IMG/VR virus record: IMGVR_UViG_3300030339_000006
Length of the DNA: 64,000 nucleotides
Reading direction: 5' to 3' (one strand)
Source of the DNA: a virus
Part shown: piece by piece, positions 16,050 to 22,867 of the stretch
How the letters are laid out: each line of letters begins with the position of its first letter
Position numbering within the stretch: position 1 is the first letter of the stretch
Made by a program: the position numbers and the translations under genes
Notes under the pieces: model-generated
The model's input: only the letters and a program-made list of their open reading frames with translations
Database searches by the model: none
Told to the model about the DNA's origin: nothing

Positions 16050-16124
16050 GCATCCCAAGTGTTGATGGTGGCACGACGTCCTTCCAAGTCGTAGGGACCG
16101 GTTCGAGACCGGTGGGTTGCTCCA
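16050..16124 (+). tRNA. tRNA-Gly(UCC)
   Basis: CT-TCC-AA loop, U73 CCA. Confidence 0.85.
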
Positions 16125-16135
16125 ATTGAGGACTT

Positions 16136-16309
16136 ATGGATAATATCCGTTCGTTTTGTAAGTTAGTCTTGATCACTCTGTTCGTGGCCGGATTCATAGC
16201 GATGGTCTACGCGGTGATCGGAACCGTCCTACTCGTAGGGGTTCTTGCAGTATGCGTCATAGCTTTTTTAGCTCTCGTTAAACAGACCTGGAAGGATATG
16301 AAGCGGTAG
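16136..16309 (+). CDS. small membrane protein (57 aa)
   Basis: GAGG RBS; hand-translated, highly hydrophobic. Confidence 0.5.
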   Translation: MDNIRSFCKLVLITLFVAGFIAMVYAVIGTVLLVGVLAVCVIAFLALVKQTWKDMKR

Positions 16310-16380
16310 TGTAGCTCAGTCGGTAGAGCGGCTCCCTCATAAGGAGTAGGCCGGTGGATCGTGCCCACCCATTACCACCA
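16305..16380 (+). tRNA. tRNA-CAU (elongator Met or Ile2)
   Basis: CT-CAT-AA loop, atypical ATCGTGC T-loop, ACCA. Confidence 0.8.
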
Positions 16381-16482
16381 TTTTGATGCAGTCGGTAGTC
16401 CCGGAGGTGATCAAAATCTTGATGGTCATAATTGACAAGCCATTCCGTCACGCCGTGAGGCACCACGAGAATGACGAACTAT

Positions 16483-16559
16483 AGCGGGGTAGAGCAGTCA
16501 GGTAGCTTGCTAGGCTCATAACCTAGAGGTCGGTGGTTCAAATCCATCCCCCGCTTCCA
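16483..16559 (+). tRNA. initiator-like tRNA-Met(CAU)
   Basis: AGCGGGG start, A11-U24, CT-CAT-AA, TTCAAAT T-loop. Confidence 0.85.
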
Positions 16560-16562
16560 ATC

Positions 16563-16723
16563 GGGTAGAAGTTTCCACCGCGGCCGTGGCGTTCCGGAGC
16601 AAAACGGCGGTAGGTTCCTTAGGAGGTTCAGGAAACACTTTCAGGATTAGAGACTGAGTAGGCCGGCCGGCTGGAAGGTTGATAGACTGAGAGATCGGGG
16701 TTCGAATCCCCTTCTACTCGCCA
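16563..16723 (+). ncRNA. 161-nt tRNA-scaffold RNA with expanded D and anticodon arms
   Basis: GGGTAGA/TCTACTC acceptor, GTTTCC/GGAAAC, CTTTCAG/CTGAGAG, GGGG-TTCGAAT-CCCC, GCCA. Confidence 0.7.
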
Positions 16724-16754
16724 CACCAATGCATCCTTCCGAGGGCTCATTGGT

Positions 16755-16829
16755 GTGGTCGTATCATAATGCTAATGATCCTCCCTGTGAAGGAGGCCTA
16801 TGCGAGTTCACGCCTCGTCGACCACCCCA
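16755..16829 (+). tRNA. tRNA-His(GUG)
   Basis: CT-GTG-AA loop, C73 CCA; no encoded G-1. Confidence 0.85.
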
Positions 16830-16979
16830 AGTATCCCAGGTGATACTTTTCTTAAGGTTTCACCTCTTTTAGTAACCCCGGAGGCACTATGCGATCAGAG
16901 AGTATTGCTAAAATGATGAAGCTCGCGGAACGTATCAATGAGATCGTTGCCGAGATGGAAGTTCGTAAGGCGGCTTACC

Positions 16980-17177
16980 TTGAAACCTTACGGTCTTAAA
17001 CCCGGCGGTTCTCCCGGTTGCTCCTGTCGCGGTTGTCGTACCCGCGGGGTTCGGGAAGACCAAGTCATCCTCGTAGCGAAAGCGTTCGCTCGAAGAGAGG
17101 GTAAACGCGAAGCACGAACATGGCGGGCTGGCAGAGTGTCTATGCACTGGATTGCAAATCCAGATTACGAAGGTTAG
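16980..17177 (+). CDS. small basic Cys-containing protein (MKPYG...)
   Basis: TTG start inferred; CSCRGC, KAFARREGK; 3' end overlaps tRNA-Cys. Confidence 0.35.
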   Translation: MKPYGLKPGGSPGCSCRGCRTRGVREDQVILVAKAFARREGKREARTWRAGRVSMHWIANPDYEG

Positions 17178-17196
17178 AATCCTTCGCCTGTCTCCA
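17122..17196 (+). tRNA. tRNA-Cys(GCA)
   Basis: TT-GCA-AA loop, U73 CCA. Confidence 0.9.
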
Positions 17197-17203
17197 AATA
17201 AGC

Positions 17204-17232
17204 TTGACCCATCAGCACATTTATCGTACTAT
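17204..17232 (+). promoter_or_regulatory. sigma70-like promoter before tRNA-Trp
   Basis: TTGACC-17-TACTAT. Confidence 0.6.
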
Positions 17233-17241
17233 CTCCTCAAC

Positions 17242-17317
17242 GGGGGCTTGTTCTAGCGGCTACGATGCTGGCCTCCAAAACCATGCGACGAAGGTTCGAG
17301 TCCTTCAGCCCCTGCCA
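17242..17317 (+). tRNA. tRNA-Trp(CCA)
   Basis: CT-CCA-AA loop, GCCA. Confidence 0.8.
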
Positions 17318-17326
17318 GGAGATACG

Positions 17327-17659
17327 ATGAAACTTGTCATTTTAGAATCACCCTTTGCCCCGACGAACGGGAAGACCCTCGACGAAAACATCGCGTACGC
17401 ACGTGCCTGTGTCCGTCACTCCCTGTCCCTCGGTGAGGCACCAATCGCCAGTCACTTACTGTACACCCAAGAAGGTATCCTCGACGACTTCATTCCTGAA
17501 GAGCGTGCGTGGGGTATCGAAGCCGGTTTAGCCTGGAAGCAGGTCGCCAACGGTTCCGTCGTGTACGTCGATTTCGGCGTCTCGAAGGGGATGGAATATG
17601 GCATTCAAGCAGCCATTGCAGCCGGCCTTTCTGTAGAATACCGGAGGATTTATGCTTAA
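17327..17659 (+). CDS. nucleoside 2-deoxyribosyltransferase-like (DUF4406-related) protein
   Basis: ILESPFA, NIAYARAC, GEAPIASHLLY, VYVDFGVSKGM. Confidence 0.65.
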   Translation: MKLVILESPFAPTNGKTLDENIAYARACVRHSLSLGEAPIASHLLYTQEGILDDFIPEERAWGIEAGLAWKQVANGSVVYVDFGVSKGMEYGIQAAIAAGLSVEYRRIYA

Positions 17660-17825
17660 GTACGCTGATCTGCTCCACACCGCTGGCTTGATCACCGACG
17701 CGTTCCACGCTGACCTGCACGCTGCAGTCAAGGATCGCTCCCTGTTTCTTCTGCTGGCACTGAAACTGCTCGACGTAATCCGTCGTGTTCTTTCCAACCT
17801 GCACTCTCAGAAGGTAACCGCATGA
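17652..17825 (+). CDS. small hypothetical protein
   Basis: GGAGG RBS, coupled stop/start. Confidence 0.5.
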   Translation: MLKYADLLHTAGLITDAFHADLHAAVKDRSLFLLLALKLLDVIRRVLSNLHSQKVTA

Positions 17826-18004
17826 ACATCGAAGACCTCGTTAAATTTAAACAGATCGCCCGCCGCCTGCACACCCGTGGCGTGATCTCCCAGAACCTGT
17901 GCCTACGGATTCTCGGCCTGAAAGAACCGAAGTACCGCGTTCAGTCCTGGCTGATCTCTGCAGGATTTGCCCTGTGCAAACTCGCTCTGAAGCACTCGAA
18001 ATGA
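17822..18004 (+). CDS. small hypothetical protein
   Basis: ATGA overlaps on both sides. Confidence 0.55.
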   Translation: MNIEDLVKFKQIARRLHTRGVISQNLCLRILGLKEPKYRVQSWLISAGFALCKLALKHSK

Positions 18005-18294
18005 AGTATACCCGTAAGCCGTACGCAGTGGATGCTGTCCAGTTCAACGGACAGAATCACCTGAATATCTTCGAAGACTACTGGCCGGACTGGATCCACC
18101 ATGCCATAGCCTGCGGTGATGTACAGCTCTGCGGGGATTACTTTGAACTCTGGCGACCGGACCACACTTCCTGGGATCGCTTCGGGTTGGGCTGCTGGAT
18201 CGTTCTGGACGACGGCGCCATTATTGGCGTCACCGCCGAAGAATTCTACCGGAGATACGATCGTGTCTACAATCGAAACGCCGATAATCGATAG
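18001..18294 (+). CDS. conserved phage protein (MKY.RKP..V.AVQF family)
   Basis: MKYTRKPYAVDAVQFNG...G.WIV...F...Y. Confidence 0.6.
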   Translation: MKYTRKPYAVDAVQFNGQNHLNIFEDYWPDWIHHAIACGDVQLCGDYFELWRPDHTSWDRFGLGCWIVLDDGAIIGVTAEEFYRRYDRVYNRNADNR

Positions 18295-18517
18295 CGTATA
18301 TACAATCAAAGTGACCCGAATCAAGGACTGGCATGCCCGTCTGTTCTTAAACGGGTTGCTGGTCGATGAAATGTCGTGTAAACTCCGTAGTGATATCGGA
18401 TGGATCTGCCGTGAGATGATGCGGTGGGCCGATAAAATGGGAGGTGATAGTCATACCTCCAGTGCTCGCAGACGCCAAGGCCAAGCTGTGGGTAAAGTGA
18501 AATACCTGAGGAAATAA
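18263..18517 (+). CDS. hypothetical protein
   Basis: GTG start after GGAG; coupled. Confidence 0.5.
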   Translation: MSTIETPIIDSVYTIKVTRIKDWHARLFLNGLLVDEMSCKLRSDIGWICREMMRWADKMGGDSHTSSARRRQGQAVGKVKYLRK

Positions 18518-18519
18518 CC

Positions 18520-18858
18520 ATGTTATAGACCAAACACTGGACCTACACGTTCGTTCGTACTGATCTGCCGCTCGAGCAGATTCTCGTTCAATCCAACCAC
18601 GCTTCCCACGAAGCCGCCCTGAAGTACCCCTACACCTCTGCTGAACCTAACTCGCTGATCGTCATTGGCGTGAAGAACCGTGCTGCCCTCGAAAAGGCCA
18701 TGGCCCGCTTCGCTGCGTTCGACCCAACCCCTTTCTACGAGCCCGACTGGGAGTACGGCCTGACCGCCTTCACCACCCGTCCAGTGACCGAAGAAGAGCG
18801 TGCTGAATTCCGTAAGTATCAACTCTTCCGGAGGTCACATGTACGCAACCAATTTTGA
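18520..18858 (+). CDS. Pth2-like peptidyl-tRNA hydrolase with in-frame UAG at codon 3
   Basis: GAGG RBS, ATG-TTA-TAG then open frame YTFVRTDL...VQSNHA...LIVIGV...FYEPD...LTA. Confidence 0.75.
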
Positions 18859-19372
18859 TGACCTTCAGACCCGGATGGCCGCCACTGAGCAGACCGCCGG
18901 CGTCTCCGTTCTGGAACACGGCCACAGCGTCCACCAGCGGTACCAGGAGCTCCTTCGGGAGCTCAACCAAGGCAAGGGCAACCCGACACTCCAGAAGGTC
19001 TGGGAGAGCGTTAGAGAGCGTCTGATGGACCCCGATCTGATCTGGCGGTATCAGGTGTATCACGACTGTGGCAAACCGGCCTGTGCCCAGGACGGACACT
19101 TCCCAGATCACGCAGAGCACTCAGCGAATCAGTGGGCCCTACTCTTCCCGGAAGACCCGGTCGTCGCTGACTTGATGCGGATGGACATGCAGTTCCACTT
19201 GACGAACGCCGAGGACGCCCGGTCCTTCTGGGCACACCCGCTGGCCCCGACCCTCTACGTCACAGCCTGGGCGGAGATTCTGTCAAATGCCAGCATGTTC
19301 GGCGGAGAAGACTCCACGTCCTTCAAGATTAAGCGTAAGAAGTTAGAGCGTGCCGGGCGGGCGCTGTGGTAA
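18839..19372 (+). CDS. HD-domain phosphohydrolase
   Basis: EHG..V, YHDCGKP, HAEHSA; GGAGG RBS. Confidence 0.75.
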   Translation: MYATNFDDLQTRMAATEQTAGVSVLEHGHSVHQRYQELLRELNQGKGNPTLQKVWESVRERLMDPDLIWRYQVYHDCGKPACAQDGHFPDHAEHSANQWALLFPEDPVVADLMRMDMQFHLTNAEDARSFWAHPLAPTLYVTAWAEILSNASMFGGEDSTSFKIKRKKLERAGRALW

Positions 19373-19399
19373 AATCCTGGTATTCACAGGAGAATTATC

Positions 19400-20080
19400 A
19401 TGGTCGAAAAGAGAGACAATTTTGAAAAAGGCGTAATTGGAGCCGTCGGGGGCACTGCTGCAGCCTCCGGAGTGGCACCTCGCTTGCTGGGGTATCACGT
19501 GGTCCGCCACGGCACGAGCAACGAGAACGCCGCAAAGATCAAGAAGGAAGGGTTTAACCCTAAGATGGGTGGCAAGGGTGGGGCGGGACAGCACGCGGCG
19601 ACAGGTGACCGAGCGAAGAGGTTTAAGGAACAATCCCGAGGGAAGATTCACGTAACGAAAAACCCTTTGATCTCCCGTATGTTCGCCGGGATAACGGAGA
19701 AGCGTAATCCTAATCCCGAATCTCTCGGTGACTTGGCCGGTGGTAAGGTTCTGAAAGCCCGCGTTACTGATCAACATTACCGAACCATGCAGAAAGACCC
19801 TCACATGGGTGGCGGCAAGGCCACTGCAGCGACGACTCACCACAAGATTCCCTCACATCAGATTATCGGTGGGGCGGGGGATAAGGGGGTCAAAGGTGTA
19901 GTTAATAAGAAGACGTTGGCGAAATACTACCGCAATAAGACGAATCACGGTCGTATCGGCAGAGGTATAGCTCTCGCGGGAGTCGCTGCCACCGGTGCTC
20001 ACCAGGTCTATCAGTCCGTGAAGGAAGGATTGACCAAGAAGTCAGGATTGCAGATCCGGGCAGAAAGTTTGCTCCGGTAA
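19400..20080 (+). CDS. ART/Tpt1-fold-like protein with Gly/Ala-rich flanks (paralog of 13912)
   Basis: LLGY..V.HGTS...IKKEGF, GKIHVT, KIPSHQI. Confidence 0.6.
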   Translation: MVEKRDNFEKGVIGAVGGTAAASGVAPRLLGYHVVRHGTSNENAAKIKKEGFNPKMGGKGGAGQHAATGDRAKRFKEQSRGKIHVTKNPLISRMFAGITEKRNPNPESLGDLAGGKVLKARVTDQHYRTMQKDPHMGGGKATAATTHHKIPSHQIIGGAGDKGVKGVVNKKTLAKYYRNKTNHGRIGRGIALAGVAATGAHQVYQSVKEGLTKKSGLQIRAESLLR

Positions 20081-20109
20081 TTGACAGGTCAAGGACGACC
20101 TGATATCTT
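20081..20109 (+). promoter_or_regulatory. sigma70-like promoter driving suppressor tRNA
   Basis: TTGACA-17-TATCTT. Confidence 0.7.
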
Positions 20110-20117
20110 ACAGACAT

Positions 20118-20193
20118 GCCTGAGTAGCTGAGCGGTTGTAGCGGGAGCCTCTAAAACTCTGATACGTCGGTTCGAATCCGACCTCGGGCACCA
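20118..20193 (+). tRNA. amber suppressor tRNA (anticodon CUA)
   Basis: GCCTGAG/CTCGGGC acceptor, GGAGC-CT-CTA-AA-ACTCT, GTCGG-TTCGAAT-CCGAC, ACCA. Confidence 0.85.
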
Positions 20194-20194
20194 C

Positions 20195-20288
20195 TGATGT
20201 GTAGCTTAACGTAAAAGTGCTACGGAATCGGGGACTACCCCCTTTGACAATGGCGGATGTCCGGCACGTAAACCGGACCACATCACCA
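20195..20288 (+). ncRNA. tRNA-like RNA lacking canonical anticodon loop
   Basis: GATGTG/CACATC acceptor, GTCCGG/CCGGAC T-like arm, GGGG-ACTA-CCCC hairpin, ACCA. Confidence 0.6.
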
Positions 20289-20290
20289 CC

Positions 20291-20366
20291 GGGTGCATAG
20301 CTCAGTTGGCAGAGCGGCGGACTCTTAATCCGTAGGTCGTAGGTTCGAACCCTACTGCACCCACCA
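20291..20366 (+). tRNA. tRNA-Lys(CUU)
   Basis: CT-CTT-AA loop, ACCA. Confidence 0.92.
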
Positions 20367-20426
20367 CTTCCCCTTTTGCGAATTCCTTGGTATAATAGAC
20401 ATACCGTCCATACCAGGAGTTTTTCC

Positions 20427-20621
20427 ATGAAAGATATTATCGGTAATACCCTCGAAATCGGCGACCGCGTCGTGACCACTGTCAGTGGCTACGAAGAATT
20501 ACAGGTCCGCTACGTTCACAGCTTCACCCCTAAGAAAGTCCGTCTGTCCGCCCACCCGAACCTTGAGTTCACTTCCGATCTTAAATCCCCTCGTCAACTC
20601 GTGAAGGTGCCGCATGTTTGA
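20427..20621 (+). CDS. small SH3/KOW-like protein (D..G..L.VGD.V family)
   Basis: MKDIIGNTLEIGDRVV. Confidence 0.7.
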   Translation: MKDIIGNTLEIGDRVVTTVSGYEELQVRYVHSFTPKKVRLSAHPNLEFTSDLKSPRQLVKVPHV

Positions 20622-20808
20622 TTTCCGTAAGCAGGAACTGGCGGTTGGGGACACGGTAGCCCTTTTTTGGTGCGACGGCCAGTTGGCCGAAGGGGTCATC
20701 GTGCAGATTCGGGGCAACTGGGCCAAACTCGACGTTACTTATCACGGCTCGGTCTCTCGCAGTAAGTGGAAGGCCGGCTACACCATGGTTAAACTGGAGG
20801 CAAAATGA
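20614..20808 (+). CDS. small SH3/KOW-like protein
   Basis: MFDFRKQELAVGDTV. Confidence 0.7.
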   Translation: MFDFRKQELAVGDTVALFWCDGQLAEGVIVQIRGNWAKLDVTYHGSVSRSKWKAGYTMVKLEAK

Positions 20809-21002
20809 AAGATCAATTCGGTCGTGAGCTCAAACTCGGCGACATGGTCGTCTTCTGCGGGATTCGTCACCGCTCGGCGTACCTCTACCGCGGCATCATT
20901 GAGAAAGTCGAAGGCAAGTCCCTGACGATCTTCTGTGGTGACCGCGAGTCTTCCCGTAAACGCTTCAACCGCCACTGTGAGGACGTTTCCCTTGATCGAT
21001 AG
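20805..21002 (+). CDS. small SH3/KOW-like protein
   Basis: MKDQFGRELKLGDMV. Confidence 0.7.
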   Translation: MKDQFGRELKLGDMVVFCGIRHRSAYLYRGIIEKVEGKSLTIFCGDRESSRKRFNRHCEDVSLDR

Positions 21003-21192
21003 ATTCGGCAATACTCTGTCCGTCGGTGACACGGTGGTTTACTTCTCAACGGGCTATGCCCCGACTGCCCGCGTTGGCATGATCATCGAGTTCGCGAGAG
21101 GGTCAGTGAAGATCAAGACCACTTCTCATCGTGAAGTCCTTCGGTCGGCAGGCTCGCTCATCCACTACACAGGAATCGCTAATGGTCTTTAA
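20992..21192 (+). CDS. small SH3/KOW-like protein
   Basis: TTG start; IDRFGNTLSVGDTV. Confidence 0.65.
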   Translation: MIDRFGNTLSVGDTVVYFSTGYAPTARVGMIIEFARGSVKIKTTSHREVLRSAGSLIHYTGIANGL

Positions 21193-21397
21193 CGGCGTCG
21201 ACATCCTCGATAAATCCGAGTTGGTCAAAGGCCGGTCCTACAAGGGCGACTGCCGGAACGCCAGTGAGGCCGTCTGGAACGGGCGTCTGTTTGTTTACAA
21301 GCGGACCAAGTTCGGTGACACCTACGATGAAACCATCGAACACCCGGAAGATGACTGCGGGTATGATCTCTTCCTCCCCCGGAGGGATTTGAATTGA
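21182..21397 (+). CDS. hypothetical protein
   Basis: Y.G.CRNA..A.WNG..F.Y.RTKFG conserved-looking phage motif. Confidence 0.6.
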   Translation: MVFNGVDILDKSELVKGRSYKGDCRNASEAVWNGRLFVYKRTKFGDTYDETIEHPEDDCGYDLFLPRRDLN

Positions 21398-21591
21398 AAG
21401 ACTTAACCGGAATGGAGATTCACGTCGGTGATACCGTGGTGGCCAGCCTAGATGGCACCGACTCCCGGATTCGCCTTTGCACCGTCATCGGCTTCACCGC
21501 CCAGAAAGTTAGAGTTCAATCCCGTTGGAGGGGCAATGAGCGTGGCGAGCTGAAAGACCCTGGTAACCTCATTATCATGAGGGCAATGTGA
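21394..21591 (+). CDS. small SH3/KOW-like protein
   Basis: KDLTGMEIHVGDTV. Confidence 0.65.
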   Translation: MKDLTGMEIHVGDTVVASLDGTDSRIRLCTVIGFTAQKVRVQSRWRGNERGELKDPGNLIIMRAM

Positions 21592-21655
21592 GTACATTCT
21601 TGCTGTGGCTTAGCCTGCAGAAACACCCTAAACCTTTACTCAATAAGGAAACACC

Positions 21656-21841
21656 ATGTTTGATGCTCGAGGAAATCCCCTGTCGTTGGCCGACTCTGTC
21701 GTCTTCGCGAAAAATGACGGGGAGTTAGGCTTCGGCCACATTACCGGTTTTGACGAGTATGGTCACTACGCCTTTATCCACACGGAGAAAGACCGCAAGA
21801 CCAAAAAGAATAACCGTGAGCTACTGAAGGTGCCGAAATGA
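21656..21841 (+). CDS. small SH3/KOW-like protein
   Basis: MFDARGNPLSLADSV. Confidence 0.65.
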   Translation: MFDARGNPLSLADSVVFAKNDGELGFGHITGFDEYGHYAFIHTEKDRKTKKNNRELLKVPK

Positions 21842-22047
21842 AGGACATTAATGGCAATGAAGTCCACGTCGGTTCCGTTGTCGTGACCGGCAGATCGGGA
21901 GGGTCCATCAGCCTGGGTTTCGGTATCGTGACGTCCATCGGTAAAAAGATGGTCACGTTAGACCGACTACCCCCAACAGACTCCCGTTACCGCCACTGCG
22001 TTTACCCCGGATCTCGCCGTTACGGAGATGATGTAGTCGTTCTATAA
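21838..22047 (+). CDS. small SH3/KOW-like protein
   Basis: MKDINGNEVHVGSVV. Confidence 0.65.
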   Translation: MKDINGNEVHVGSVVVTGRSGGSISLGFGIVTSIGKKMVTLDRLPPTDSRYRHCVYPGSRRYGDDVVVL

Positions 22048-22052
22048 AATAG

Positions 22053-22081
22053 TTGACAGCCAGGGTTCGCCCTGGCATACT
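22053..22081 (+). promoter_or_regulatory. sigma70-like promoter whose spacer is a hairpin
   Basis: TTGACA-GCCAGGG-TTCG-CCCTGG-CATACT. Confidence 0.65.
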
Positions 22082-22090
22082 CTAAGGCTC

Positions 22091-22166
22091 GGGGGAATAG
22101 CTCAGTTGGTAGAGCATTCGGCTGATAACTGAAAGGTCGCTGGTTCGAGCCCAGCTTCTCCCACCA
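22091..22166 (+). tRNA. tRNA-Ile(GAU)
   Basis: CT-GAT-AA loop, ACCA. Confidence 0.92.
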
Positions 22167-22168
22167 CT

Positions 22169-22244
22169 GCTCTGTTCGTCTATCGGTTTAGGACATCGCT
22201 CTTTCACAGCGAAAAGAGGAGTTCAATTCTCCTACAGAGTACCA
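22169..22244 (+). tRNA. tRNA-Glu(UUC)
   Basis: CT-TTC-AC loop, ACCA. Confidence 0.9.
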
Positions 22245-22246
22245 CT

Positions 22247-22323
22247 GCATCGCTAATTCAATTGCGTAGAATACCAGGCTTTTAACTTGGGGGTTGTAGG
22301 TTCAAGTCCTACGCGATGCACCA
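22247..22323 (+). tRNA. tRNA-Lys(UUU)
   Basis: CT-TTT-AA loop, ACCA. Confidence 0.9.
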
Positions 22324-22351
22324 CTTCCTGTCCTCATTTTTACCCACCACG

Positions 22352-22359
22352 GGTATAAG
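22352..22359 (+). promoter_or_regulatory. GGTATAAG phage promoter motif
   Basis: GGTATAAGTACTGTGTAAACC. Confidence 0.65.
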
Positions 22360-22384
22360 TACTGTGTAAACCACAGGAGGCAGC

Positions 22385-22867
22385 ATGTTTTCAGCATATC
22401 TCAGCTTCAAGAACCCCTTTAATAGCCTTTTCGGAGAATACCAGAACTTCGCCATTTATGGCGATCTGGATGACTTCGGCCGTTACCTTCGCACTATCAC
22501 CTGGACCCGTAAGTACCCCGAACTGGACAACACCCGACGGGTGATCTCCTTGTTCCTGGAAGAACTTCCGAAAGTGAAGAACAAACTCTCCATTGATCTC
22601 AACGGGGAGTACATCACCCTGTACGAAACCAAGTATATCGAACGCACGAAGGACCGTCTGGAATTCGGCGAGCGGCCACTCTTCCCGGTTCAAGACCTGG
22701 AGGGAGCGATGAAGACTATCGCCCGCGGCATTGACTGGAAGGACGTCAAGAAGGTCCGTGAAGGGCGGATGGCCATGAGTAAGCTTTTCAACGACCACGA
22801 GTATGGCATTCTACAATTGGAGGCACAAAATGTTAGTAACACTGCAGATAGATCACGAGGACGGTGA
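22385..22867 (+). CDS. hypothetical protein
   Basis: AGGAGG RBS after promoter. Confidence 0.7.
   Translation: MFSAYLSFKNPFNSLFGEYQNFAIYGDLDDFGRYLRTITWTRKYPELDNTRRVISLFLEELPKVKNKLSIDLNGEYITLYETKYIERTKDRLEFGERPLFPVQDLEGAMKTIARGIDWKDVKKVREGRMAMSKLFNDHEYGILQLEAQNVSNTADRSRGR

Noticed and set aside
16381-16478. Additional ncRNA between the two CAU tRNAs
   Set aside because: Only short, imperfect stems with no recognisable motif
16563-16723. tmRNA or intron-containing tRNA
   Set aside because: Only 161 nt, no G3-U70/A73, no tag frame, and inserts far too short for group I/II introns
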